This document shows positions 24,701 through 34,767 of a stretch of 64,000 bases of DNA, in pieces. The notes under the pieces are model-generated. The model saw only the letters and a list, made by a program, of their open reading frames with translations. It was not told where the DNA came from and made no database searches. Source of the DNA: a bacterium (GTDB taxonomy: Bacteria > RBG-13-61-14 > DATKZS01); assembly GCA_963674965.2 (NCBI GenBank), contig CAXXFL010000001.1, positions 960,001-1,024,000 on the forward strand, written 5' to 3'. Within the stretch, counting starts at the first letter, position 1; every line of letters begins with the position of its first letter. The translations under genes were made by a program, and so were the position numbers.

Positions 24701-24736
24701 AGGGGCGAGGCGGTCGTTCGTTCCCGATCGGTCCAT
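21710..24736 (-). CDS. RecQ-family ATP-dependent DNA helicase with extended C-terminus
   Basis: MPTGSGKS, VDEAHCISEWGHDFRPDY, TATAT, AFGMGIDK, QEIGRAGRDG, zinc motif CRH...CGSCDRC, two RQC-like segments, HEAT-like tail. Confidence 0.93.
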   Translation of the reverse strand: MDRSGTNDRLAPNMEEAARLLSERFGHREFLAGQEESLRSVLSGGNLLVVMPTGSGKSLLYQLPALMGKGLTLVVSPLIALMKDQVDELARKGVSATFINSSLGLDEQRGRMAACADGKYKLLYVAPERFRNATFAGMVSRVKVERMAVDEAHCISEWGHDFRPDYLRLREFRRRLGNPKVTALTATATPRVRKDVIESLGLTAGEVDVHVHGFSRPNLEIEVEPAYTETEKIIFLEEFLRENPGSGIIYAGTRRAAEEAADSLSAAGQRVGVYHAGMEPDQRERAQDRFISGKDRVVAATSAFGMGIDKPDVRFVVHYSYPGSVEQYYQEIGRAGRDGLISKCVLLYSPSDRRLREFFIDMSYPKPEQVEDVYRALWKIKANPIMMTYRGIAALCDGNVKDMQVGAAVRLLDNAGLTRAFSGEQRVAVTFDRPGSRTISSVKGPVQRRVLEAISSVADLEEPGRHEISLTRLCLSAGLDEEQVKRALASLDNAGVIEYEPPFRGRGIEKLIDTPPPFKKAPIDWDKHEKLRKAEYEKLEAMEKLIAHPSCRHEYILNYFGEKSAGTCGSCDRCREEDEPESASGILAESPHVAAPILLCVSRLRFPLGRGKIAQVVTGSRDKNLIKWKLDRNPAYGKVSANQDEVKKTISALFREGYLENRGEAGRPVVGLTSKGHKAALKIKPASLSAPPEETKPAKRRKAGVSGNDATRLAALKCVAQVSSPVGVGRVAAILAGSRASWVGPLKADRLEVYGSIHDSQENLRDKVQVMLIEGLFKKSGSPKYPVLALTEKGRGELKRLCDAGADFEETAAEDKSQEARAVSAPSDSAADDRESYPERAVEDVDFSGDEIDLWGEYSSSFPERESQDEYQEALETARAPEREAAGALERLIDELSAADHERASEVLGRFSIFSPKAIGDALVKWFLKTDDARGRRTVIWATGEICGLESLGFLLARAGDEDEELRVAARGAIEKIASKARSDINDRERELSRAMEAILSFQSDKDG

Positions 24737-24787
24737 GAAGGAATTATAACGCGGAAGTCCCGCCCGCGTCGAAGACGGCGCCCGAGA

Positions 24788-26194
24788 TCAGGCCAGCTTT
24801 TGGCACTCGGCAATGGCGGCCTTTAGCCGAGCCTCGGTCTTTTCCTTGCCCAGGACGGCGATGACCTCGAATATGCCGGGGCTGACCGTGCCTCCGGTGA
24901 GGGCGACCCTCACGGGCTGGGCGATCTTGCCCAGCTTAAGGTCAAGCTCGTTCATGAGGTCCTCGAAGGCCTTTTCAAGGCCGGCCTCATTCATCTCGGG
25001 CATCTGGACGATCTTGTCCAGGGTCTTGCGCAGGATATCGGCGTTCTCGAGTTTAAGGAACTTGTTTCCGGCCTTTTCCTCATACTCGACGCCGTCGGAA
25101 AAGTAGTAACCCGTGCTCTCGGGGTACTCGGCCAGCGTCTTGACGCGCTCGCGGTGAAGCTCGATGATCCTCACGAACTGCTCGTCCGGCTCGGCGTCAA
25201 TTCCTTTTTGCTTATAAAAGGGAAGCGCGAGCGCGGCCAGCTTTTCAGCGGAGCATTCCCTGAGGTAATGGCCGTTGTACCAAAGGAGCTTGTCGGGGTC
25301 CCACATGCCGGGGGACTTGGAAAGGTCCTTGACGTCGAAGAGCTCGATAAGCTCGTCCCGGTTGAAAAGGTCCCGGTCGCCGTGGGCCCATCCTATCTTG
25401 GCCAGGAAGTTCATCATGGCCTCGGGCAGGTATCCCATTTCACGATAGGATATTAGAGACGTGGCCCCGTGACGCTTGCTGAGCTTGGACTTGTCCTGTC
25501 CAAGGATGAGGGGATGGTGGCCGAAGAGGGGAGGCTCGTAGCCCAGCGCCCGGTAAATGAGGATTTGCCTGGGCGTGTTGTTGAGGTGATCGGCCCCTCT
25601 TATAACGTGGGTGATGGCAAGGTCGTGGTCGTCGACCACGGCGCAGAAGTTGTAGGTGGGCGAGCCGTCGCTTCTCACGATGACCAGGTCGTCAAGCTCG
25701 GAGTTATCGAACTCGACCCTGCCCTGGATCAGGTCGTCCACCGCGGTGGTCCCATGGTCGGGACCTCGGAAGCGGACGACCTTGGGCCTGTCCGCCGGGT
25801 GGTCTTGCTTGTCCCGGCACCGGCCGTCGTACTTGGGCTTTCTTCCCTCCTTCATGGCCAGCTCGCGCATTTGTTCGATTTCCTCGGGCAGGCAGGAGCA
25901 GTAATAGGCCTTGCCCTCGGCTAAAAGTTTTTCGGCGGCCGCCTTGTACCGGTCCATGCGGGAGGTCTGAAAGATGGGATCGCCGTCCCAGTCCAGGCCC
26001 AGCCAGGAAAGCCCGGCCAGGATGGCCTCGGTATATTCCTTCTTGCTGCGCTCGAGGTCGGTGTCCTCGACGCGGAGCAGGAACTCACCGCCCTCGTGCC
26101 GCGCGAAAAGCCAGTTGATAAGCGCCGTTCTGGCTCCACCGATGTGCAGGTGTCCAGTGGGGGACGGCGCGAAACGCAATCTGATTTTAGTCAT
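24788..26194 (-). CDS. gltX: Glutamate--tRNA ligase
   Basis: RFAPSPTGHLHIGG (HIGH), KLSKR (KMSKS), anticodon-binding domain. Confidence 0.97.
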   Translation of the reverse strand: MTKIRLRFAPSPTGHLHIGGARTALINWLFARHEGGEFLLRVEDTDLERSKKEYTEAILAGLSWLGLDWDGDPIFQTSRMDRYKAAAEKLLAEGKAYYCSCLPEEIEQMRELAMKEGRKPKYDGRCRDKQDHPADRPKVVRFRGPDHGTTAVDDLIQGRVEFDNSELDDLVIVRSDGSPTYNFCAVVDDHDLAITHVIRGADHLNNTPRQILIYRALGYEPPLFGHHPLILGQDKSKLSKRHGATSLISYREMGYLPEAMMNFLAKIGWAHGDRDLFNRDELIELFDVKDLSKSPGMWDPDKLLWYNGHYLRECSAEKLAALALPFYKQKGIDAEPDEQFVRIIELHRERVKTLAEYPESTGYYFSDGVEYEEKAGNKFLKLENADILRKTLDKIVQMPEMNEAGLEKAFEDLMNELDLKLGKIAQPVRVALTGGTVSPGIFEVIAVLGKEKTEARLKAAIAECQKLA

Positions 26195-26351
26195 ATCGAA
26201 TTCCTCCGGGAGTTTATCGAGGCCGGTTCAGGATAAAGAGTGTACAACCGGGGCGCCTATAAAACAAACCTCGCCGAGCAGGCCTTTCGATTGGGCCGGC
26301 GCCCCGGGAGCGGGTTGACGTAAATTGACTTGACCGATTATGAAAGAGTTG

Positions 26352-26381
26352 TTGCCGCCCGATATGCGCGTATGGTATTAT
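26352..26381 (+). promoter_or_regulatory. Putative sigma70 promoter with extended -10, for the REC-PilZ pair
   Basis: TTGCCG (26352-26357), 18 nt, TATTAT (26376-26381), preceded by TGn. Confidence 0.5.
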
Positions 26382-26407
26382 TGAACCAGAACGCGGGTGG
26401 GGGATGA

Positions 26408-27007
26408 ATGGCTAAGTCGGTCACGGTTGGAAAGTATTGTCCTAGTTGCGGCAGGGATGTCGAGGTATACACCATGTTCACTCCCGAGGGCGAGATCGAC
26501 CGCTGCCAGATATGCAGCTCGATTATTCCCCGCGAGAGCGCCCCGGCGGCCGCCGTGCCTCTCGAGTTGGGCCTTATATACGTGGTCGAGGACACGGCCC
26601 TTCTCCGGGAAATGATCAAGGACATCCTGCTTATTCGCGAGATGGGCAAGGAAGTAAGGACTTGTAAAAACGGCGCGGAGTTCCTGAGCCTTTATACCGG
26701 CGACCTTATAAAAAGGCAAAGGCCGACCCTGGTGATGCTGGACGTGGTGATGCCCATATTGAACGGCGTCAACGCCGCCGTGGCCATGCGGTCGGTCGAG
26801 TCGGCCTTCGGCGCCGAGCGGACCCCGGTGCTTTTTTTCACCGTGCGCGAGTGCGACGAGAACTTCAAGAAAATACTCAAGTATTGTTCTCCCGCCATGT
26901 ACATTAACAAGGGAACCGACGGTTCTCCTTCCAAGATGCAGACGCGGGTCGAGATGGTGGTGAGCCAGCTTTGGAAGGAGGTCCAGGAGGGAGGCTTGGG
27001 ACAATGA
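26408..27007 (+). CDS. Response regulator receiver protein with N-terminal zinc ribbon
   Basis: CPSC...CQIC; REC residues VEDT, LDVVMP, FFT, INK. Confidence 0.82.
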   Translation: MAKSVTVGKYCPSCGRDVEVYTMFTPEGEIDRCQICSSIIPRESAPAAAVPLELGLIYVVEDTALLREMIKDILLIREMGKEVRTCKNGAEFLSLYTGDLIKRQRPTLVMLDVVMPILNGVNAAVAMRSVESAFGAERTPVLFFTVRECDENFKKILKYCSPAMYINKGTDGSPSKMQTRVEMVVSQLWKEVQEGGLGQ

Positions 27008-27525
27008 GCGCCAAGGAAAAGACCCCCGGCCAGATCGAAAGGAAATATCAGCGGGCCACGAGCGACTTCCCCGCCAAGTTTACATGGGGCGCCGCGCGCA
27101 ACGTGGGGGTGGCCGCCGTTTTAAGCATGGGAGGTTGTTTCATCGCGTCCGACGCGATCATCCCCCAGGGAGAGGAACTGGACGTCGAGATCGACATGAG
27201 TCCGGAATTTACTCCCCTCCATTGCCGAGCGGCGGTGGTATGGACCGAGAAGCGCGGCGTCAAGATACGCGGCGGGGAGAGGAGCAGGGGCTTCGCCATC
27301 GAGTTCCTGCGCATATTTCCCGAGGACAGGGAAAAGATCGAGGAGTACGTCAGGAGCCAGACGAGGGTCTTCAAGGCCATAGATCACGAGCTTAAGAAGA
27401 AGCGTCCCGACCTGGCCATCGTAAAGGAGTTATTCGCGGCGGAGCGTCCCGGCGAATCGACGCATTTAAACCACATCCGCAAGGTCGTATCCGAGGAGCT
27501 TAAATATTTCAAGCTCAGAAAGTGA
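27004..27525 (+). CDS. PilZ-domain protein
   Basis: RKYQR (RxxxR), LSMGGCFI, VVW, GFAIEF; ATGA overlap with the upstream gene. Confidence 0.8.
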   Translation: MSAKEKTPGQIERKYQRATSDFPAKFTWGAARNVGVAAVLSMGGCFIASDAIIPQGEELDVEIDMSPEFTPLHCRAAVVWTEKRGVKIRGGERSRGFAIEFLRIFPEDREKIEEYVRSQTRVFKAIDHELKKKRPDLAIVKELFAAERPGESTHLNHIRKVVSEELKYFKLRK

Positions 27526-27553
27526 AGCCCGGCGGCTTTTACGTTCCGAAGCT

Positions 27554-30313
27554 TCATCCGTTATGATTTCGTTCCCCGTTCATGGAAAAGTTTTCCACCG
27601 TGGCCTTCAGGTCCTCGGCCAGGGTCTGGAGGTTTGAAACGGCCTCGGAGACCTTCTCGACGGCGAGGACGTTTCTGGTGGCCACGTCGGCGATGCTTTC
27701 CATGGAGACGAGGGCCTGCTGGGCCGCCTTCCTCTGCTCGGACTGGGAGTTGTTGATGTAGCTCGCTATGTGGGAAGTGTGCTCGATGGCCTGGCTGATC
27801 TGGCGGCTTCCCTGGGCCTGCTCCTTGGTGGCCTTCCTCACCTGGGTGGCGATGTCCCTCATTTTCTCGGCGGCCATGATGATCTGCTCGGATCCCCGGT
27901 TCTGCTCCTGGGTGGCCTTGCCTATCTGCTCGATCATGCCGGCGATGCTCTCGAAGAAGGATAGCACGCGCTCGGCTTTACGATTTTGCTCCCTGGTGGA
28001 GTCGGATATCTTGCGGGCCATCTCGAGGGACTCGACGGCGCTCTCCTGAATTTTCCTCAGCCCCTCCCCGGCCTCCTCCGCCAATAGGACGCCCTTGCCC
28101 GCGCTGTCCTCGCCCCTCTCGACGGCGGTCACGGCCTCGGTGGCGTCCTTTTGCACGGACTGTATCTGCTCCGCTATCTCGGCCGTCGAGGCCTGCGTGC
28201 GCTCGGCCAGGTCCTTGATCTCGTCGGCCACCACGGCGAAACCGCGGCCGTGCTCGCCGGCCTGGGCCGCGATGATGGCGGCGTTGAGGGCCAAAAGGTT
28301 GGTTTCCTCGGTGACGTCCTCGATGACGTTGAGGATGCGGCCGATTTCCTTGGCCCGTTTCGAGAGTCTCTCGATGACCTCGACGGCGTTCCTGCTGTTC
28401 TCCCAGATTTTCTCGATGCCCTTGATGGTCTTCGAGACGGCGGCGGCCCCGCTCTCGGCGTTCCTGGTGACCTGCTCGGAGATTCCGGCGCTCTCGGTGG
28501 CGATGCGGTCGACTTTTTTCACGGACTCGTTCATCTCGCGCATGGAGGACGCGGCCTCACTGGCCCGGTCCGAGGTGTTCTGGACGTTGTCCGCCACCTG
28601 CTTGATGGTGGCCGACATTTCCTCGATGCTGGCGGTCGTGTCCACCACGGCCTCGGAAAGTTGCTCCGAGCTGGTGGCGACCTGGTCGTTGGTGGCGCTC
28701 ATCTCGAGGATGGAGGCCGAGCTTTGCTCAGCGCTCGAGGCCAGGGTGTCCACCGAGTCGGCGATGGAGCCGATGGTCTGGTTCATTTGAGTAAGGGAAG
28801 CCGAGGTTTCCTCGACCCCGACGGACTGCTCCTGGGAGCCGCGAGCCATCTCGACCGTTCGCTCGGCGATGAGGTTGGTGGCCTCGTCCACTCTCGAGGA
28901 AGTATCGGCTATCTTGCCGACCATGGAGCGGAGGCTGGCCACCATCTTGAAATGATGGACCGCCAGCTCGCCGACCTCGTCGTCGGCCATGATGACGTCG
29001 GATGAGCCGAGGTCGCCCGCGGCCACGCGCTTCGAGGAATCGATCAAGGCGTTGAGGGAGTTCATAAGCTCCCGCTGCATGAAGAAGGAGAAGAAGAGGG
29101 CCAGGGCCAGGGCGATGCCGAACATGATGGCCGAGCTCCAGAAGGCCATGCCGGAAGAGGTCTTGAACGACTGGATGGTGACAAGCCGGGCCGCGTCGCC
29201 GACGTAGTCCACCGACACGATATACTGGTCGCCGCGGTTGTAGACGTGGCTTATCCTGTCGGTCACGCCGATGGCCAGGGTCTTTTTGCGTTTTAAAAGT
29301 CCCTTCCAGAATTTGCCGTCTCCCAGCGCCGCTATCGAGGGCGCGATCGAGTCTTTATAGGAAAAGATGCTTTTTTTGCCGCCGGGGTTCCAGGGGAACT
29401 GGGCGATTATTTCCCGGCTCCGGTCCGAGACGGTGTTTCCCCGCAGTTCATTTCCGTCCTTGCCCAGCAGAAAGACCATCTCGTGGTCGTCGCCCAGGAT
29501 AATGCCCAGGTTGGAGGAAAGGACGTCCTGTCCGTCTCCTCTTTCGATGAGGTCCTTAAGGTAATCGAGGGGCTTGCCGTCGCCCAGTCTCTGGGCTAAA
29601 AGCTGGTCTCTTTCCACGTCCACGGCCCGGGTTTGCCCGACTATGGCCAGGTGCGTGGTTATCCAGACGATGCTGGCGACCAGGACCATAATATAAAGGA
29701 GGACCTTGCGGCTGTAGCTTACGCGCTTGGAGGAAAGCTCGGGATGGAGATAGAAATCCGGGAATTTCTCGAGGGCCTCGGAAAGCGGCTTGGCATAGGT
29801 CTCCTTGATCACGAAGTAATGAAAGGTGGACATAAGGAAAACGATCGACAGTATGCCCAGAATCAAAAAGCCAGCGTCGATAATGGGAAAGCCGTAAAGT
29901 ATCCACAGGGCCAGCACCATCACCGAGCAGGTGATAATCCACTGTATAATAAACATGACGATGAACTGGTGAGGAAAGTCGATCAGCTCGGCCAGGCTTT
30001 CCACCAGTTCATCCTTGGAAAGGCGGTCCTCCTTGCCGTCCCAGGCGAGTATTTTCGACGCCACGCGAAGTTTTTTGCCCACCCATTTCTCGAAGAGGAA
30101 GATGGCAGGTCCCGCGACTATGCCGAAGCAAAAAATCCCCATGAACAGGACGCTGAAATGAGGAACGCCGCTGGGGTCCGTTAGCCCCTGAAAAACGGAG
30201 ATGAGATAGGCCAGTATGGCCAGAACGCCGGTCATCGTGATGGGCAACATTTTGTTCGAGTTGCCCCAGTGCAGCTTTCCGGCTATTTCGTCGATTTTTT
30301 TTTCGAGGCTCAT
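27554..30313 (-). CDS. Methyl-accepting chemotaxis protein (multi-TM N-terminus, HAMP, long signalling domain)
   Basis: [46 protein letters not shown]; several hydrophobic helices. Confidence 0.93.
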   Translation of the reverse strand: MSLEKKIDEIAGKLHWGNSNKMLPITMTGVLAILAYLISVFQGLTDPSGVPHFSVLFMGIFCFGIVAGPAIFLFEKWVGKKLRVASKILAWDGKEDRLSKDELVESLAELIDFPHQFIVMFIIQWIITCSVMVLALWILYGFPIIDAGFLILGILSIVFLMSTFHYFVIKETYAKPLSEALEKFPDFYLHPELSSKRVSYSRKVLLYIMVLVASIVWITTHLAIVGQTRAVDVERDQLLAQRLGDGKPLDYLKDLIERGDGQDVLSSNLGIILGDDHEMVFLLGKDGNELRGNTVSDRSREIIAQFPWNPGGKKSIFSYKDSIAPSIAALGDGKFWKGLLKRKKTLAIGVTDRISHVYNRGDQYIVSVDYVGDAARLVTIQSFKTSSGMAFWSSAIMFGIALALALFFSFFMQRELMNSLNALIDSSKRVAAGDLGSSDVIMADDEVGELAVHHFKMVASLRSMVGKIADTSSRVDEATNLIAERTVEMARGSQEQSVGVEETSASLTQMNQTIGSIADSVDTLASSAEQSSASILEMSATNDQVATSSEQLSEAVVDTTASIEEMSATIKQVADNVQNTSDRASEAASSMREMNESVKKVDRIATESAGISEQVTRNAESGAAAVSKTIKGIEKIWENSRNAVEVIERLSKRAKEIGRILNVIEDVTEETNLLALNAAIIAAQAGEHGRGFAVVADEIKDLAERTQASTAEIAEQIQSVQKDATEAVTAVERGEDSAGKGVLLAEEAGEGLRKIQESAVESLEMARKISDSTREQNRKAERVLSFFESIAGMIEQIGKATQEQNRGSEQIIMAAEKMRDIATQVRKATKEQAQGSRQISQAIEHTSHIASYINNSQSEQRKAAQQALVSMESIADVATRNVLAVEKVSEAVSNLQTLAEDLKATVENFSMNGERNHNG

Positions 30314-30517
30314 GACCCGAGGGCCTCCGATATGATTTGTTCAGATTTAACGGACGTTTATCGGCCGCCGCCTCCGCGCCGATCAAAATATGCTTCCTTT
30401 ATCGCCACGAGCTATTTTAGCACGGATGAGAAGATGATGTGAAATCGTTATCCCGGAAATATACCGGCCGCCCGTTAAGACCACTTTTGCCGGAGCACCG
30501 AAAAGCCAAAAGGGGCG

Positions 30518-31915
30518 TCAATAGTTTACTTCCTCGCTGGTGGAAAGCCGGATCACGGCCAGGGCGGAGGCCAAAAGCCGCGCGTTCTTGGGCACGTCGC
30601 GAAGGATTCTAGCGATCCTGGCGGGCGAGAAATAAAAATTCCTGTAAGCTTGTCTTCTCAGTTTTTCCATGGACTCCGCCGGGGCCGACGAGAGGTTGAT
30701 CACCACTCCCGAGGCGTCCCGGAACCTGGTCGAGCGGGCGGCCCGAGCCACCTCCGGGCTAGACTCGGCAATCTCCGTGCCCGGGAAAGGCATGAGGTAG
30801 AAAAAGCTGGAGACGTGGTTTTGCAAGGAGAGAGCGTACTCGACCGTGGTCTCCATTTCCTCGATGGTTTCCTCGGGAAAGCCGAGCATGTAATAGGCGC
30901 CGGTGACGAAGCCCATGCCCGCCGTCTGGTTCACCACCTCGCGGGCTCGATCGAGGTCGAGGTTTTTATGGACCATCTTCTGCACGCGGGGGCTGGCGCT
31001 TTCGATGGCGTAGTCGATACGGTAGACGCCGGCTTTTTTCATGAGGGTTAGCAGCTCGAGGTCCATCTTGTCGGCGCGGAGTCCGTTGGTGAAGGTGAGG
31101 GAGGCTCCCAACCGCCGGCCGATTATCTCCGACATGACCGCCTTGGCGTGGTCCAGCTTAAGGTTGAAGTTGTCGTCGATAATCTCGAACTCGCGGACGC
31201 CGCGGCGGTCTCGAAGCTCGAGCATGGAGGCCACGGTCTTCTCGATGGAAAAGACGCGGTACTTCCTTCCAAAAATGCGGTGGCAATAGGAGCAGCCGAT
31301 GGGGCAGCCGCGGCTGAAAAAAACGGGAAGCCTCCGGTTGGACCTGGCCACGGTGTTCATGGCGTTACGGGTCCACCACCCGAAGTAGCGTTCGGGGGCA
31401 AGGGCGTCCCAGTCCGGCTCGAGGCCGTCCATGTCGTCGATGGGGCCTCGCGTCTCATTGAAGGCGGCCTGGCCGTCGGCGCGGAAGGCAAGGCCCTTGA
31501 TCGAGGAAAGGTCACGCTTTCCCTCCAGGGCGTCAAGCAGCTCGACGGCGGTCCTTTCACCCTCCCCCATGACCAGGTAGTCGGCGTCGCATTTATCGAG
31601 AAGGGAAGGCCCGTATCCCGTGGCGTGGGGCCCGCCCAGGGCGATGGGTACCTGGGGAAGCTTCTTTTTAAGGAGCCCGATCAGCTCGAGGGCCTCGGGC
31701 GCCTCGAAGGTCATCGAGGTCACGCCGATAAAGTCCGGTCCATAGTCGTCGGCGGCGCGGACGACTTTCTCGCTCGAGGCCCGGAGCAGCCTCGCGTCCA
31801 GTATCCGAGTCGCGTCTCCCCTTTCGGTCTTCAAGGTATGCGACAGATATCCGAGTCCCATGGGCACGGGGACAACGGCCAGGGAGGAGTTCGGTCTAAT
31901 AAGCAATACCTTCAT
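30518..31915 (-). CDS. Cobalamin-binding radical SAM protein
   Basis: N-terminal B12-binding-like domain (PMGLGYL, GGPHAT, GEGE); SRGCPIGCSYC; IDDNF; YMLGFPEET. Confidence 0.9.
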   Translation of the reverse strand: MKVLLIRPNSSLAVVPVPMGLGYLSHTLKTERGDATRILDARLLRASSEKVVRAADDYGPDFIGVTSMTFEAPEALELIGLLKKKLPQVPIALGGPHATGYGPSLLDKCDADYLVMGEGERTAVELLDALEGKRDLSSIKGLAFRADGQAAFNETRGPIDDMDGLEPDWDALAPERYFGWWTRNAMNTVARSNRRLPVFFSRGCPIGCSYCHRIFGRKYRVFSIEKTVASMLELRDRRGVREFEIIDDNFNLKLDHAKAVMSEIIGRRLGASLTFTNGLRADKMDLELLTLMKKAGVYRIDYAIESASPRVQKMVHKNLDLDRAREVVNQTAGMGFVTGAYYMLGFPEETIEEMETTVEYALSLQNHVSSFFYLMPFPGTEIAESSPEVARAARSTRFRDASGVVINLSSAPAESMEKLRRQAYRNFYFSPARIARILRDVPKNARLLASALAVIRLSTSEEVNY

Positions 31916-31965
31916 GATTGACGGGCGCCTCCGGGCGCCTTGTTAAAGCCTAACATAAAAGGCCC

Positions 31966-34677
31966 CTACTTTTTAAGCTCCGCCTTCATCTCGTGCAAAA
32001 GGGTAAGGGCCTCGAGGGGCGTCAGGGCGTCGAGGTCCATGTCCCTGATCTGGCCGGCCACCTTTTCCGCAACCGGGTCGGCCGGCGGCTCGGAGGGCGG
32101 GAAAAAGGAAAGCTGGACCGGTCCGTCCTTTTTCCGTGGCTCGCCCGCCTTCTTGCTGATGGCCGGTTTGCCCGCGGGGTCGTGCTCGACCGACTCGAGG
32201 TTCTCGAGTATTTCCTTGGCCCGCTCGATTACCTCGGCGGGAAGTCCCGCCAGCCGGGCGACCTGGATGCCGTAGGAGCGGCTGGTCGAGCCGGGGACCA
32301 TGCGGCGGAGGAAGATGACCTCCCCCTCCCACTCCTTGACCAGGACGTGGTAGTTCTTGACCCGGTCCCGGGTCTCGGCCAGGTCAACCAACTCGTGGTA
32401 ATGGGTGGCGAACATGGTTTTGGCCCGGCGGCCCGGCGCGTCGTGCAGAAACTCGGCCACGGCCCAGGCGATGGACAGCCCGTCAAAGGTGGAGGTGCCC
32501 CGCCCGATCTCGTCGAGCAGTACCAGGCTCTTGTCCGTGGCGTTGTGGAGTATATTGGCGGCCTCGGTCATCTCGACCATGAAGGTGCTCATGCCCCGCA
32601 CCAGCACGTCGGAGGCGCCCACGCGGGTGAATATCCGGTCGACCACTCCTATCCGGGCCTCGCGGGCGGGCACGAAGGAACCCATTTGGGCCATGATGGT
32701 TATTAAGCCGGTCTGTCTCAGGATGGTGGACTTGCCGGCCATGTTGGGTCCGGTGATGATGAGTATCTGGTACTCTTGTCCGTCCAGCAAAACGTCGTTG
32801 GGCACGAAGCGCTCGGTCTTGACCAGCTCGGGTATGACCGGGTGCCATCCGCCCTTGATATCTATTTCGCCCGATTCATCCACCTCGGGCCGGGTAAGCC
32901 TTTTGGCGGCGGCCATCTCGGCCAGGCCGGCGATGGCGTCGAGCTCACCCAGCCGGCGGGCGTTTTCCTGAAGCTGGACCGCTCGGGAGGCGACCTTTTC
33001 CCTAAGCTCGACGAACAGCTCGTAGTGAAGCTCGATGAGCCGGTCCTCCGCTCCGAGGACCTTGGCCTCGAGTTCCTTGAGCTCGGGCGTGATGAAGCGC
33101 TCGGCGTTGACCAGGGTCTGCTTCCGAATGTAATCCGAGGGAGCCGAGGCCGCCTGGGCCTTACTGATCTCGATGTAATAGCCGAAGACCTTGTTGTACT
33201 TGACCTTCAATTTAGGTATGCCCGAGCGCTGTCTTTCCGCCGCCTCGAGGCCGGCGATGACCGACTTGGCGTCCCGTTGGACGCTCGTCAGCTCGTCGAT
33301 CTCGGCCGAGTAGCCGGGCCGGATCAGCCCGCCGTCGCGAAGGGAAGAGGGCGGCTCGTCAACCAGCGCCATCGAGAGCAGCCCGACTACTTCCTCGAGG
33401 GGGTCCAGGCCCTCGAGGACTTCCTGGATTTTAGAGGACTCCGCTTTGCCGGCGAGGGCCTTGATGGCGGGAATAAGCTCGAGCGTCTCCCTCGCGGCGC
33501 GAAGGTCCCGGGCGTGGGCGCTGCCGGTGGCGATGCGGGCGGAAATCCTTTCCAGGTCCGAAAGCCTTTGGAAAAGACTCCTAAGATCGAGCCGATAGGC
33601 GTGGTCCTGGGCCATCCACTCCACCGCGTCGAGGCGGGCGTTGATCCGGTCCACGTCCATGAGGGGGGAATGGAGCCACTGGCGGAGGACCCTGCCGCCC
33701 ATGCTGGTGACGGTCCGGTCGAGGAACCAGAAGAGGGAACCCGCGGGTTTCGAGTCTCTGAGTGTCCTTGTCAGCTCGAGGTTTCGCTTGGTGCTTTCGT
33801 CTAAAACCATGTAGTCGGAGGAGGAATAATAGGACAGGCCGGTCACGTGCGACAAGGGGTTGGGTATGGTGATGGGCTCGTCTCCGCCCACGGCGAAGGG
33901 AGGGACGTCCTCCGGCTCCTGCGTCTCCCGGAGATAATAAAGCAGGGCCCCAGCCGCCCGGACGGCCTGGGGAAATCCCTCGACCCCGAACCCCTCGAGG
34001 GTGTCGGCCCGGAAATGCTCGAGCAGGGTCCGGCGCGCCTTGTCCGGATCGTAGGCCTCTTCCTCCGGGTGGTCCATGAAGACGGGAGGCTCGGTGGAGA
34101 GGGACACCTCACGTACGGCCTCCCCCACGCCGGGAATGTCCAGAAGGCTTTTGGGAACGAGTATCTCGGCGGGCTCGAGCCGGAACAGCTCGTCGGCCAG
34201 CTCCTCGGCGCGGCGAAGGGTCGTGGCCTTGAATTCCCCCGTCGAGAAATCCAGGAAGGCCAGGCCGCTTTCCTCTCCGTCCGAGGCGACCGAGACCACG
34301 TAGCGGGAGGACTTGGCCGGGAGCCTTTCCGGGCTGACGGCCGTGCCGGGCGTGATCACGCGGGTAACGGCCCGCTTCACGATGCCCTTGGCCTTTCTCG
34401 GGTCTTCCACCTGCTCGCACACGGCGACCTTATAGCCGGCCTCGACCAGCCTGGCCAGGTAGACGTCGGCCGAGTGGTAAGGGACCCCCGCCAGCGGCAC
34501 GGACTCGGGCATGCCCTTGTCCCGAGCGGTAAGGGTGATGCCGAGCGCCCTCGAGGCCTTCTCGGCGTCCTCGAAGAACATCTCGTAAAAGTCGCCCATC
34601 CGAAAGAAAAGGATGCAGTCGGGATACCTCTCTTTAAAGGAAAGGTACTGCTGAATCATGGGAGTAAGCTTCGTCAT
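31966..34677 (-). CDS. mutS: DNA mismatch repair protein MutS
   Basis: TPMIQQY, FRMGDFYEMF, TGPNMAGKST, STFMVEM, DEIGRGTSTFDG, SYGIQVA. Confidence 0.98.
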   Translation of the reverse strand: MTKLTPMIQQYLSFKERYPDCILFFRMGDFYEMFFEDAEKASRALGITLTARDKGMPESVPLAGVPYHSADVYLARLVEAGYKVAVCEQVEDPRKAKGIVKRAVTRVITPGTAVSPERLPAKSSRYVVSVASDGEESGLAFLDFSTGEFKATTLRRAEELADELFRLEPAEILVPKSLLDIPGVGEAVREVSLSTEPPVFMDHPEEEAYDPDKARRTLLEHFRADTLEGFGVEGFPQAVRAAGALLYYLRETQEPEDVPPFAVGGDEPITIPNPLSHVTGLSYYSSSDYMVLDESTKRNLELTRTLRDSKPAGSLFWFLDRTVTSMGGRVLRQWLHSPLMDVDRINARLDAVEWMAQDHAYRLDLRSLFQRLSDLERISARIATGSAHARDLRAARETLELIPAIKALAGKAESSKIQEVLEGLDPLEEVVGLLSMALVDEPPSSLRDGGLIRPGYSAEIDELTSVQRDAKSVIAGLEAAERQRSGIPKLKVKYNKVFGYYIEISKAQAASAPSDYIRKQTLVNAERFITPELKELEAKVLGAEDRLIELHYELFVELREKVASRAVQLQENARRLGELDAIAGLAEMAAAKRLTRPEVDESGEIDIKGGWHPVIPELVKTERFVPNDVLLDGQEYQILIITGPNMAGKSTILRQTGLITIMAQMGSFVPAREARIGVVDRIFTRVGASDVLVRGMSTFMVEMTEAANILHNATDKSLVLLDEIGRGTSTFDGLSIAWAVAEFLHDAPGRRAKTMFATHYHELVDLAETRDRVKNYHVLVKEWEGEVIFLRRMVPGSTSRSYGIQVARLAGLPAEVIERAKEILENLESVEHDPAGKPAISKKAGEPRKKDGPVQLSFFPPSEPPADPVAEKVAGQIRDMDLDALTPLEALTLLHEMKAELKK

Positions 34678-34767
34678 GGAAAACCAGAGTCTAAAAATAC
34701 CAGATCATTCGCCGGCGCGCCAGATGGAAGGGGCTAATCTCGCGAAGCTCGGGTATGGGAATGTATA

